Virus record (IMG/VR): IMGVR_UViG_3300033752_000251
Reading direction: 5' to 3' (one strand)
Length of the DNA: 64,000 bases
Origin: an uncultured virus (IMG/VR IMGVR_UViG_3300033752_000251)
Lineage: Duplodnaviria; Heunggongvirae; Uroviricota; Caudoviricetes
Shown here: piece by piece, positions 1-9,556 of the stretch
Position numbering within the stretch: the stretch's first letter is position 1
How the letters are laid out: the number at the start of each line of letters is the position of its first letter
Made by a program: the position numbers and the translations under genes
Notes under the pieces: generated by a model
What the model saw: only the letters and a program-made list of their open reading frames with translations
What the model was told of the DNA's origin: nothing
The model's database searches: none

Positions 1-365
1 GAAAATCGGCCTTCTTTCGGGAGAATATGATCTTCTGAAAGTTATCAGGGCAAAATTAATTGGGAGAAGAGAAGTTTTATGTCCCATAAGGTGTTCTTCC
101 AAGTGTTGTGTATGAATTCTTCAAAAATATAATAAATCAAAAAACCGGCAAAGATGTCGGAAAAATTGTAATTGAATTAAGGGAAGATGGAAAAAAAATG
201 ACAATCTCTGATGTCGTTTCATCTCTCCCCGAAGACGTGCAAATTGGAAATATAATGGAACTTGCTGAGTAAAATCAATAACTAACCTTTGGTTGGTTTA
301 GGTTGGTAAATTATTATCAACCTACTAACATATTAATGAATCTAAATTTCAGGAGGTAAAAAATC

Positions 366-722
366 ATGGGAAACAAAACTAGCTTTACTCCGGTGGAAAT
401 TGGTGAAAACGAAAAGGAAATCATGAAGATTGCTGAACGTGCTCAAAAGCTTCTGCTTGAGCAACACGGCGTTGATATTACCCATGCTGTAGGGATTCCG
501 ACGATTGCCCGCGCGTTCCTGCTCTGCGCCATCAACTTCGTCAACGAACGGAAAGCTCCGGACACCGATTACATCCTCAATCTGATGGGACTGCTTGATA
601 TCGGTGTAAGCCATCGGAGCGGCTCTGAAGACGCAGAAAAAGAAGGCAATTATGTCCCGATTGCTACTCCGGGACCGGAATTCAAACTCATCGTCAAAGA
701 CGACAACGAAACCGAAGAATAA
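366..722 (+). CDS. Small abundant protein, possible divergent HU/IHF-like DNA-binding protein
   Basis: AGGAGG RBS; late promoter at 327-338; GC-richer, high-expression codon use. LNLMGLLDIGV...VPIATPGPEFKLIVK resembles the HU pattern VQLIGFGTF...PAFKPGKALKDAVK. Confidence 0.5.
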   Translation: MGNKTSFTPVEIGENEKEIMKIAERAQKLLLEQHGVDITHAVGIPTIARAFLLCAINFVNERKAPDTDYILNLMGLLDIGVSHRSGSEDAEKEGNYVPIATPGPEFKLIVKDDNETEE

Positions 723-846
723 TTCGGCCGCAAGTCCGATGGTGGTCATTAAGATCACCATCGGACCTTCATTTTAATCAAAAAGATTTCTTTTTGATTA
801 AAATGAATAAATTTTTTGTTTAAAAGAATATGGGAGGGGATTTACA

Positions 847-1119
847 ATGAATAATAATCAAATGGATGTATTTTTGATTCTTGCTGAAACTAATGACTAT
901 TCTAGGCTGGAATATGTCGGGCTTAGAGTGGGTATAAATGAAGATGATGCCATTAAGGAATTCGTTGACAAGGATAGACTCACGGCTATTCCCATAAGGG
1001 AAGTGGCTGGATATATAGTGAAACTTTTCGAAAAAGATGATCCACGGCTCAAAAATCTGTTAACGGCAAATTATACATCAGAGAAGCAGACAAACAATGA
1101 AGAAAATGTAGGGGTTTAA
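847..1119 (+). CDS. Hypothetical protein
   Basis: 90-aa ORF with GGAGGGG RBS. Confidence 0.75.
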   Translation: MNNNQMDVFLILAETNDYSRLEYVGLRVGINEDDAIKEFVDKDRLTAIPIREVAGYIVKLFEKDDPRLKNLLTANYTSEKQTNNEENVGV

Positions 1120-1153
1120 AAAATAAATGATTTTTTGGAAAAGAGAGGAGGTG

Positions 1154-1169
1154 ATAAATTATATATTAT
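1154..1169 (+). promoter_or_regulatory. Early (virion RNAP-type) promoter ATAAATTATATATTAT
   Basis: The TATATTAT core recurs intergenically: + strand at 4419, 8784, 10784, 40368, 50259, 52976; - strand at 32934, 34259, 36612, 38790. Similar to phiKZ/AR9-type early motifs. Confidence 0.75.
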
Positions 1170-1230
1170 TTATTAGCTTACATTACAATAGATGATATGG
1201 GAAAACTGATGTTGGGAGGTCAAAGTTGGG

Positions 1231-2904
1231 ATGAGAGATTTCATAGCGAATTATGAAAACGAAAATGAAAAACGAATTAACTACGGTCTCATTACCCGCG
1301 AATACGATGAGGACCTCATTAAACTAATTGTAAACGCATGTAAATCATTGGAGGTCCTTGAATATATTAAATTTCTCGGTTATACATTCATTGAGGATGA
1401 GAAAGAGATTGATCTCAATGAATATATGACTACCCGTAAAAAATCCAGAAAGAAATCCGATACGCGCTACATGTACATGCAAGATAGCAGATACATGGAG
1501 CTTCGTCTCAAGTTCAAGCTGGAATGTAAGGGTGAGGAAGCGATCGTAACTAAGAAGCTTCTTATCCCAGTAGCTGACGAAAATGGCTACTATACAATCA
1601 AAGGTAAGAAATATCTTTTGCTCTATCAATTGGTAGATTCTTCTACCTATACAACTCGCCAGAATTTGACACTTAAATCTCTGGTTCCAGTAGTTCTTAA
1701 ACGTGTTAAAGGGGAGTTTGAGGATACCGACGGTAATTTTTATACTGCCCCCACATATTTGCTTATCTTTAGGAAAGAGATAGACCTTTTACTGATTTAT
1801 TTTGCGAAAATGGGTGTTACCAAAACCCTTAAATTCTTCAGCGTTGATAAAGTGGTTAGATTCGTTGAAGAAGAAGGGGATAAAGAGAATAACATCTATT
1901 TCAAGATAAAAAATAAACTATTTTTGGAAGTAAACCGTTATTTCTTTCTAAAGTATCAATATGTGCAATCAATAGTGTCCATGATTCTGCGATTTGTTAC
2001 AAATCGTTTGAATTATGAGGACCTTGATAATAGAAACTACTGGATTGAATGGATTGGAAGTATGCACGCTACCAATTCATATAACTACATGGAAAAAGGA
2101 TTAAATACACTGAAATTCATTGAGCGTATGCTTGATGAAACGACGAAAGATATTCTTAAGATCAACGATTCGAATAAAAAATCCATCTATTCCATCCTTC
2201 GCTGGATGGTCCAAAATTACAACGAACTTCGTAAAAAGGATAACATGGATTTGACAAATAAACGTTTGAGGTGCAATGAATATATTGTATCTCTGCTGAC
2301 AAAAGCTTTTAATGAAAGAATGAATCGGGTAATCGCTGCTGGTAGCAGAGTTACTCTGGATAAAGTAAAAGAAATCTTGAAGTTTTCCGGAAATATTTTG
2401 ATGGATCAACTCCATATATCCGGATTGCTTCGGTATGATGATCGCATTAATGATATGGACTTCTTTGCAAAACTTAGATTTACCTTGAAAGGTCCAAACT
2501 CTCTTGGTAATAAAAACGAAAACAATATTCCGATGAAATATAGAGGTATCCACCCATCATATTTGGGAAGATTGGATATCAACGTCTGTGGAACAAGCGA
2601 CCCAGGTTCATCTGGTATCATCACGCCTTTCTGTAAAACCGAAGGGTTGTATTTTGATGGAGCTCATGAACCTGAGGATGGTATTTTCGATTTCCAGAAA
2701 GAGATGTCTAAGAAACACAAAGAGCAGAACAAAGATATTCTTTACGTGGACCCGTTTGAGAAATGTGAAACGATTCAAGAACTCTTTGACCAAGAAAGAA
2801 ATTTAAGAGAAGTTGTCAGAATGTCGTCGATAAAGAGAACTGAGTATGACAATGGTTATCTCAGGGTCTGGATAAATATCAACGATAATGACGACGATCT
2901 ATAA
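1231..2904 (+). CDS. Multisubunit RNA polymerase beta subunit, N-terminal half (probably non-virion RNAP)
   Basis: IPVADENGYYTIKGKKYLLLYQL and RGIHPSYLGRLDINVCGTSDPG match RpoB motifs (IPLMTxxGTFIING..., RDVHPTHYGR); preceded by an early promoter. Confidence 0.88.
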   Translation: MRDFIANYENENEKRINYGLITREYDEDLIKLIVNACKSLEVLEYIKFLGYTFIEDEKEIDLNEYMTTRKKSRKKSDTRYMYMQDSRYMELRLKFKLECKGEEAIVTKKLLIPVADENGYYTIKGKKYLLLYQLVDSSTYTTRQNLTLKSLVPVVLKRVKGEFEDTDGNFYTAPTYLLIFRKEIDLLLIYFAKMGVTKTLKFFSVDKVVRFVEEEGDKENNIYFKIKNKLFLEVNRYFFLKYQYVQSIVSMILRFVTNRLNYEDLDNRNYWIEWIGSMHATNSYNYMEKGLNTLKFIERMLDETTKDILKINDSNKKSIYSILRWMVQNYNELRKKDNMDLTNKRLRCNEYIVSLLTKAFNERMNRVIAAGSRVTLDKVKEILKFSGNILMDQLHISGLLRYDDRINDMDFFAKLRFTLKGPNSLGNKNENNIPMKYRGIHPSYLGRLDINVCGTSDPGSSGIITPFCKTEGLYFDGAHEPEDGIFDFQKEMSKKHKEQNKDILYVDPFEKCETIQELFDQERNLREVVRMSSIKRTEYDNGYLRVWININDNDDDL

Positions 2905-2915
2905 AAATAGATTTA

Positions 2916-2951
2916 AATCAGGGAACCTTTGCGGTTCCCTGATTATTTTTT
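2916..2951 (+). terminator. Intrinsic terminator
   Basis: aatcagggaacc-tttgc-ggttccctgatt followed by a T tract. Confidence 0.8.
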
Positions 2952-2979
2952 ATACAATTAATAATTAGGAGGCCCATGT

Positions 2980-3558
2980 ATGTCTATTCTTAATTTTATT
3001 GAAAAACGTAAAGATGAAAAATTTATCAGGAATGTAATTAAAAATGGTGATTCCCGCGCATTATACGGGATTAAATATCCGTCTTTATCTAAATTTGATA
3101 AAGAAGTGGACATATTTGCAGCTTACACCTTCGTTCTTATTGGCAATTATTTCGATGTAAAATCGCGGGAATGTAAAGATATCAAAGATCTTTTAACACG
3201 GGTTGTTAATAAAGTCGATATTCCGAAGGATAAATTAACACCAATTAAAATCATACCTCTTGCCTTTTTGAATTGGCTGAATGAAACGGCTATTCCTAAG
3301 ATAATAGATCACCTTAGATACTATCACCTTAACCCCGATATTTTTTATGGATCATTACAAAGAGCTAGGTTTATAAATAGAATGCTTTACTACTCCATTA
3401 AAAATGATAGAAACAAAGATTACATAAGATTTGCGATAATATTCGGCATCGATCAATTTAATAAATTGATTAACGAAGTAATTGAAGATAATAAATTCGA
3501 GGTTGGTAAAGGTGCCAATATATTTATAGAACCTGAATCAGCAGGAGTTGTACACTAA
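2980..3558 (+). CDS. Hypothetical protein
   Basis: 192-aa ORF, AGGAGG RBS. Confidence 0.8.
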   Translation: MSILNFIEKRKDEKFIRNVIKNGDSRALYGIKYPSLSKFDKEVDIFAAYTFVLIGNYFDVKSRECKDIKDLLTRVVNKVDIPKDKLTPIKIIPLAFLNWLNETAIPKIIDHLRYYHLNPDIFYGSLQRARFINRMLYYSIKNDRNKDYIRFAIIFGIDQFNKLINEVIEDNKFEVGKGANIFIEPESAGVVH

Positions 3559-3652
3559 TCGGTAATCTCGGAATTCTACTTTCCATTTAACTGAAAACAG
3601 AAAAATAAAGGGGTGTAGAATTCCCCTTATTTTTTTCAAAGGAGAATAAATT

Positions 3653-4387
3653 ATGCTAGAGAATCTGCAAAAAATATCTCGAATTATAATTCAGCCTGTG
3701 GCTAATCTCATATTGAGGATACATGTTAAATTATTAAAAGAAAAAGATGGCAGGGTGGAAAATTTTCACAATGAATTTACGTTTCAAGGAAAAACGTATT
3801 TGAAATTAGATTTCCAATCATTTTTGACTCTTGAATTGATTGATAATACCGAATGGGATAAAGATAAAAGTATCATTATTAACGAAAGAAATATAATTCA
3901 GATTATTAAAGGTTTTGAAAAAATGCTTGATTCGATATATAACGGCAATATTTTTGCAGTAAATTCCAAAAATGAAATCGTTATTTATTCCGATGAGGCA
4001 GAAAAAGCTGTGGTAAGAATTTACAATCTTGGCAATGGTAACAGGATGGTTTTAAAGCCTGCTAAAATATATGACGAAAATGAACTCTCGTATGAAGGGG
4101 TCATTCTTTACCTAAATAATAACAACAATTTTGTCGAACTCCCTATTGATGCATTTGAAAGTCTACTTTATGCATTAAAACAGACAAATATCTTTGTCTA
4201 TTCTCAAGCGTTAATAAACTACTATATCTCTGCAATTAAAGCAGGGGAGTTAGAAAATACCAAGCCGTTAATTAAAGCGAAACCTAAGAAAAGTGTATTT
4301 GAAAAAGCATCGAAGGAATTTGTCAAATCAACTGGAGGAATAGTAAAAGAAGCAGATATAATGTCCGATCTAGAGAAAAAAGAATGA
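3653..4387 (+). CDS. Hypothetical protein
   Basis: 244-aa ORF, AAAGGAG RBS, late motif at 3596-3607. Confidence 0.8.
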   Translation: MLENLQKISRIIIQPVANLILRIHVKLLKEKDGRVENFHNEFTFQGKTYLKLDFQSFLTLELIDNTEWDKDKSIIINERNIIQIIKGFEKMLDSIYNGNIFAVNSKNEIVIYSDEAEKAVVRIYNLGNGNRMVLKPAKIYDENELSYEGVILYLNNNNNFVELPIDAFESLLYALKQTNIFVYSQALINYYISAIKAGELENTKPLIKAKPKKSVFEKASKEFVKSTGGIVKEADIMSDLEKKE

Positions 4388-4445
4388 TCATCGAATAATA
4401 TAGTTGAGTAAATATTTATATATTATCTTTGTGGAGGTGTTATGA

Positions 4446-5120
4446 ATGACTGAAAAAATCACGACGGTTAGAGTTTTTACAGGCAGAACCAACATAATTG
4501 TCGATGATGAATTTCATGAAGTAACAATATACATTCCAGGAATGAAACTTAAGAAAGGAATCGGCTATATCAAGGGTGAGCATGTTTATGTCTATAAGGG
4601 AAAGGTCCCTGAAGACTTTAAGCAAGGAGAAAAGCTTGAAGCTGGAATTTGGAAAGACCGTGAGGGTAACTATATCTTTGTCGAGTATGACAAAGAAACT
4701 GCCAAGAAGTATCACATTGATAATGTGAATGAACTTAATCTCGATAAAATCTTCAAAGAGATGGAAACTTCGAAAGATAGCTTCATCGACGCTGAGGATA
4801 TCGAGGTTATTAATAATAATACAGAGCTTTGGTTGCCAACGATTAAGGAAGATGATGATTTCTTGAAGTATCTTGTTAAAAGAATTATCATCGATAAGAA
4901 GGTCAATCTCAAAAATTATAAGTCCAAATTTACAAACCAACATGCACTCAATAATCTGAAAAGTGGTCTCGTCAAAAATACCAAGATGACAGTAAAGAAT
5001 TTTAAAATATGGTGTGAGATTCTTGGTGTTAGATGGGATATGATCATTGAGGATAATGGAACTGATAAAATTAATCCTCTTCCAAATCCCATTCATCTTT
5101 CAAGCGAAGAATTCTTGTGA
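4446..5120 (+). CDS. Hypothetical early protein, possible C-terminal HTH-like domain
   Basis: 224-aa ORF, GGAGGTG RBS, early motif at 4419-4426. Confidence 0.75.
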   Translation: MTEKITTVRVFTGRTNIIVDDEFHEVTIYIPGMKLKKGIGYIKGEHVYVYKGKVPEDFKQGEKLEAGIWKDREGNYIFVEYDKETAKKYHIDNVNELNLDKIFKEMETSKDSFIDAEDIEVINNNTELWLPTIKEDDDFLKYLVKRIIIDKKVNLKNYKSKFTNQHALNNLKSGLVKNTKMTVKNFKIWCEILGVRWDMIIEDNGTDKINPLPNPIHLSSEEFL

Positions 5121-5254
5121 TATAAATGGATATTAATCCTATATTAAATAAAAATGAAACAAACAAAACTTTGAAGAAGTTAAACCAACCTTCCGCTGGG
5201 CCTGTTGATGGAATTTGATAATTCAAATTCCTCCGGGTCCAGTGTTATATATCT

Positions 5255-5461
5255 TTGGGGTGGTTGAAATTGGATACAGCAAAAAAGATTATCGGTGAAA
5301 TATCTAAATTTAAAAGACCGTTCATTTTTGAAGAATTATACAATAAGGTCAGCGATACTATAGACAAAATTAAACTTAAGAGATATTTGGATCGTTTGTG
5401 TGAAAATGGCTTGTTGATAAAACATGGATCTTTTTATTCAATAAAAGATCACATAATGTAA
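5255..5461 (+). CDS. Small winged-helix-like protein
   Basis: FEELY...LKRYLDRLCENGLLIKHGSFYSI is a wHTH-like pattern; exact start uncertain. Confidence 0.55.
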   Translation: MGWLKLDTAKKIIGEISKFKRPFIFEELYNKVSDTIDKIKLKRYLDRLCENGLLIKHGSFYSIKDHIM

Positions 5462-5466
5462 TATAT

Positions 5467-5542
5467 GCCGTCTTAGCTCAATTGGTAGAGCGTCTGACTT
5501 GTAATCAGATGGTTGGGGGTTCAAGTCCCTCAGGCGGCACCA
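5467..5542 (+). tRNA. tRNA-Thr(UGU)
   Basis: GCCGTCT/AGGCGGC acceptor stem, anticodon loop ctTGTaa, GGTTCAAGTCC T arm, encoded CCA. Confidence 0.95.
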
Positions 5543-5553
5543 TATACCTATCT

Positions 5554-5630
5554 GGGCCCTTAGCTCAGTTGGTGAGAGCAGTCGGCTCATAACCGATCGG
5601 TCGCAGGTTCGAGTCCTGCAGGGCCCACCA
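5554..5630 (+). tRNA. tRNA with CAU anticodon, most likely tRNA-Ile2 (lysidine, reads AUA)
   Basis: GGGCCCT/AGGGCCC stem, ctCATaa loop, CCA; body closely resembles Bacillota tRNA-Ile2 rather than fMet. Confidence 0.88.
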
Positions 5631-5647
5631 ACTTAAATTTTAATCGC

Positions 5648-5733
5648 GCCGGGGTGGCGGAATTGGCAGACGCACGGGACTTAAAATCCCGCGACTTCGG
5701 GTCATGGGGGTTCGAGTCCCCTCCTCGGCACCA
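5648..5733 (+). tRNA. tRNA-Leu(UAA)
   Basis: GCCGGGG/CCTCGGC stem, ctTAAaa loop, long variable arm, CCA. Confidence 0.95.
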
Positions 5734-5785
5734 AACCATTATGAAAAAATATTTATCAATCATTATGGAAAAAAGGAGGAAAAAA

Positions 5786-6019
5786 ATGAAAGTAGAACTC
5801 GCCGCTAATGGAGAAATTAATGCAAACAAAAGAAAATATAAAATCCTAGTTACTTGGGAAGTTGAAAATACTGTTGAAATTGAAGCTTCTTCTCTGGAAG
5901 AAGCCATTGAAGAAGTTGAAAAAATGGACCACCTTCCGATCGAAGGTGCCACATATGTCGATGAGTCATTCAGAATAGTTAAATATGCCGTAAAAGAAAT
6001 TAACGAGAAAGACGAATAA
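5786..6019 (+). CDS. Hypothetical protein (77 aa)
   Basis: AGGAGG RBS before ATG 5786; the longer ORF call overlaps tRNA-Leu. Confidence 0.75.
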   Translation: MKVELAANGEINANKRKYKILVTWEVENTVEIEASSLEEAIEEVEKMDHLPIEGATYVDESFRIVKYAVKEINEKDE

Positions 6020-6086
6020 TCAAATAAAATTCCCTCTGTAACAGATCTACAGAGGGAATTTTATTTTTTTGGGAGAGGATGAAACT

Positions 6087-8753
6087 ATGAAAATTACAAA
6101 GCTTATTGCTACCAACATAGCACCGATTTTTACAGCAATGGGAAAAAAGCACATTGAGATAGATTTGTCTAATCAAAAAAATCGCATTATATTGCTGGTT
6201 GGACCAAACGGTTCAGGTAAAACTAGTATTCTCAGTCTCTTGAATCCTTATGCATATCCAGGTTCTATGGATATTAGGAGTGGGAAGGATTTTATTCTTG
6301 AGGGCGAAAACGGATATAAGGAGATTCATTATCTCCATAATGGTAACGAATACATTATTAAACATTTTTATCAGTTTAAAAACGATAAGGGTATTAAAAG
6401 TTTCATTAGTAAGAATGGTAAGGAGCTTAATCCTAATGGAAATGTAAAATCGTTTAATGAAATTGTCGAACTCGAATTGTCAATCGAGTCCGATCTTTTT
6501 AGGCTCCTTCGTCTTGGATCTAATGTATCAGGGTTTATAGATATGAAAGCAAGTGATCGTAAGAACTTCATGTCAGATTTGCTTAAAGATATCAATCTTT
6601 ATCTTAAGCTACATAAAAAAGTTGGAGAAGACGCTCGTGTTCTTAAATCATTGATAAAAACTGTAACTTTTAAGATTGCAAAACTTAAGGTTTTTAATGA
6701 AAATGATGAACGTGAAAAAATGAGTAAATTGAATGATAAAATCTCTAAACTTCGTTTACATCGTGACGAAATTGGTAGTGAAAATGGTAAGCTCCAAGGG
6801 TTTATTGAATCTTTAATTCCCCAAGGATTGGATTCATTTATTTTAGAGACAAAATCTCTGGAAAGAGAGTATTCCAGTCTCAAAACTCATCTTAATGACC
6901 TTGGCGGGAAGATTTCTAGTAATGTATTAGTTATTGAGGGAGACGTCGATTCTAAAATTAAAGAAATAACTATGTTGATAGATAATCACACGAATAGTAT
7001 CTCTCTCAATAAGAGTAAAATTGATTTCTTCTTCACCCAGTTAAATTCACTTATTACTCAGAAACAAGAAAAAGAAGAAAATTTAAAATATGTGTCTTCC
7101 GAATTGCAATATGACCGACTTAGTGATTACTATCTTGAACTCAATAAGAAAAAGGATAAGCTTGGTGAAAAATTTAAAAATTTCAATCCCAAATGTACAA
7201 AAGATGATATGCTGAAGGCTCTTTCTCTACTTCAGGAAATAAATGAAGTTGCAACAAATGTCTATGAGTTTAGCTCCAGTTCAATTAATGATGTAGTAGA
7301 TATGTTTAATAAAGGCCAGGATGTCGATTCTTTTGTACGCAGAGAAGTTAATAAAATCGATAGGCGTATAAATAGTATTCATTCTGAGTTGGAAAGACTC
7401 AAAATCAATTTGAATAATGAGGATAAGGTATATGTTTTGTATGTTCCTCATGATACGAATTGTGAATGTCCGTATCGAAAATTCTACGAGGATCACAAGC
7501 AGATTCCAGACAAAGAATCTCACTCAAAGAAACTTCGAGCAGAATTGGAATCTTTAGAGGTTGAGAGAGAACGACTTCTTTCATATATCGACATTATGAA
7601 GAAAATCGAGTATATTTTTATGGTTATTAAATCTAACAAAAATCTTATCGAAAGAATGCCTGAGGATTTCTTTAATATTAAAAATATTCTCAATTCTATA
7701 AAAAATAGAACGATTGTATACGATGAGGATTATATCACTAATTATATATCTGCTTTGGAGGAATATGAAGAATTTAAAGAATTGGACAATAAAATCAAAG
7801 AAACTAAAAAAGAACTTCAATTCATCGAAAAAAATAGTTCTTCACTGACATCTCTTCAAAATGAAATTTTTGTATTAGACGAACAAATATCTTCTGTAGA
7901 AAAGGACATTGAAAAATTGAAAGAAGAAAGCAACGATTTGAATAAAAAAATAACTTTATTGGAATCCTCATTAGCCGATCTCAATCAATTTAAGAAAATT
8001 AAAGAACTTATTTCTGAAACAGAGGAAAAACTTAAGGAAACGATTAAGCTTATTGAGGAAAAGAAAGAAACACATGGTAAAATTCAATATTATCTATCGT
8101 TGATTGAAAGAAATAGGGTATCTATACGAGACTTAGATAGAGAAATCTCTGAACTTGAAGCAGAGGTTGCAGACATAGATTATAGGCTGAGAGAGTTCAA
8201 TGCACTTAATGAGGAGAGAAAAACTCTCGAAGAAAAATACGAAGAAGTTGAAATTATTAGAGAGTCTCTTTCTTCAACTAAAGGTGTACCTCTTTTGTAT
8301 ATTCAGCTATATTTGAAAAGTACTAAAACGTTTGTAAACCAACTTCTAGAGTCGGTTTACCAAGATACATTGGAGATCGATGATTTTGTTATCAACGAAG
8401 ATGAATTCCGTATTCCATACATTAAGAAAGGAGTTCGTGTACATGATGCAATAAGATGTTCTCAGGGTGAAAGGACTTTTATTTCATTGGCAATTTCATT
8501 TGCTTTGATCGTACAATCCCTTCGAGATTATAACATTATGCTTTTGGATGAAATTGATTCTACACTTGATACTAGTTATCGTACTACTTTTATAGGGATA
8601 CTTGAGACTCTTCTTGATGTCATTAATTGCGAACAAACTTTCCTTATTACTCATAACAACATGTTTGACAATTATCCTGTCGATATTATTATGACGTCGG
8701 ATGTCTCTATTGACAACTATCGGAATGTCAATATTCTTTTTAAGGCTTCATAA
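6087..8753 (+). CDS. sbcC: SbcC/Rad50-like SMC ATPase
   Basis: Walker A GPNGSGKT, long coiled coil with central CECP, signature CSQGE, Walker B MLLDEID, H-loop ITH. Confidence 0.92.
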   Translation: MKITKLIATNIAPIFTAMGKKHIEIDLSNQKNRIILLVGPNGSGKTSILSLLNPYAYPGSMDIRSGKDFILEGENGYKEIHYLHNGNEYIIKHFYQFKNDKGIKSFISKNGKELNPNGNVKSFNEIVELELSIESDLFRLLRLGSNVSGFIDMKASDRKNFMSDLLKDINLYLKLHKKVGEDARVLKSLIKTVTFKIAKLKVFNENDEREKMSKLNDKISKLRLHRDEIGSENGKLQGFIESLIPQGLDSFILETKSLEREYSSLKTHLNDLGGKISSNVLVIEGDVDSKIKEITMLIDNHTNSISLNKSKIDFFFTQLNSLITQKQEKEENLKYVSSELQYDRLSDYYLELNKKKDKLGEKFKNFNPKCTKDDMLKALSLLQEINEVATNVYEFSSSSINDVVDMFNKGQDVDSFVRREVNKIDRRINSIHSELERLKINLNNEDKVYVLYVPHDTNCECPYRKFYEDHKQIPDKESHSKKLRAELESLEVERERLLSYIDIMKKIEYIFMVIKSNKNLIERMPEDFFNIKNILNSIKNRTIVYDEDYITNYISALEEYEEFKELDNKIKETKKELQFIEKNSSSLTSLQNEIFVLDEQISSVEKDIEKLKEESNDLNKKITLLESSLADLNQFKKIKELISETEEKLKETIKLIEEKKETHGKIQYYLSLIERNRVSIRDLDREISELEAEVADIDYRLREFNALNEERKTLEEKYEEVEIIRESLSSTKGVPLLYIQLYLKSTKTFVNQLLESVYQDTLEIDDFVINEDEFRIPYIKKGVRVHDAIRCSQGERTFISLAISFALIVQSLRDYNIMLLDEIDSTLDTSYRTTFIGILETLLDVINCEQTFLITHNNMFDNYPVDIIMTSDVSIDNYRNVNILFKAS

Positions 8754-8838
8754 TACCTTTCGGATTTTCAAAATTGATGATTATATATTATAGATATGAA
8801 TCGTCAATATAATTAATAAAATAGGAGGACTTACATTT

Positions 8839-9504
8839 ATGAAAAATCATCGAACCAATAAACGCTGGAATGATGAAGATATCGTGTACTTGTTTACTCT
8901 GATGAAAGCGCTCAGGGAACAAGGACATTCCAATTCGTCTTCGTTCAAAATCATTTCGGAGAACTATATCCGAGTTTCTCCGTCTGCACTTCTTGGTGCT
9001 TATACTCGCTTCCGTAAAGTTGAACGGTATCGTCTTATTCTCGAAGCCGATACTTCAACTGCCGAAACAGATCTTATGGAAGCTATAGCAATCGCTCAAA
9101 AGGCGGATGCTCTTTCCACACAAGAGATCGAAGAACGGGATCGAGTGATTGAACGTTTGAGAGAAGAGATAGATTCTCTCAATTTGTTTATCAAGGTTAT
9201 CACAGGACAAAATCAGGAATACGCAAAGAATGAAAAAATCTTACGTAATACTATCAGAGAAGAACAGCAGCGTAGACAGGCTGCCGAAATGATGCTCTTG
9301 CAAATGGAAGAGAGGATACGCCATTACGCTGCAGAGGTCAGGTCATTGAAAAATGAGCTCCTCGATTTACACGAAAAACGAGCAGAATACGAAGCTATCG
9401 TAAGTACATTCCGGCAGCTTCGTAGCATGGTTGATAAAGAGCTCGGAGAGAATCGGGCTCAAAGATTCAAAATGGAAAGAAACGGAAATCTTATTCGTGC
9501 ATAA
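8839..9504 (+). CDS. RsfA/YlbO(GerR)-family sporulation transcription regulator homolog
   Basis: N-terminal Myb/SANT-like RWNDEDIVYL...SFKII...VSPSA, coiled coil, C-terminal FKMERNGNL typical of the family; early promoter at 8784. Confidence 0.7.
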   Translation: MKNHRTNKRWNDEDIVYLFTLMKALREQGHSNSSSFKIISENYIRVSPSALLGAYTRFRKVERYRLILEADTSTAETDLMEAIAIAQKADALSTQEIEERDRVIERLREEIDSLNLFIKVITGQNQEYAKNEKILRNTIREEQQRRQAAEMMLLQMEERIRHYAAEVRSLKNELLDLHEKRAEYEAIVSTFRQLRSMVDKELGENRAQRFKMERNGNLIRA

Positions 9505-9556
9505 GAACAACAATAAAAGAGGATGATGGTAAAATCCATCATCCTCTTTTATTTTT

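Noticed and set aside
5587..5952. ORFs overlapping the tRNA genes (5587-5952 minus; N-terminal part of 5654-6019)
   Set aside because: Translations of tRNA sequence
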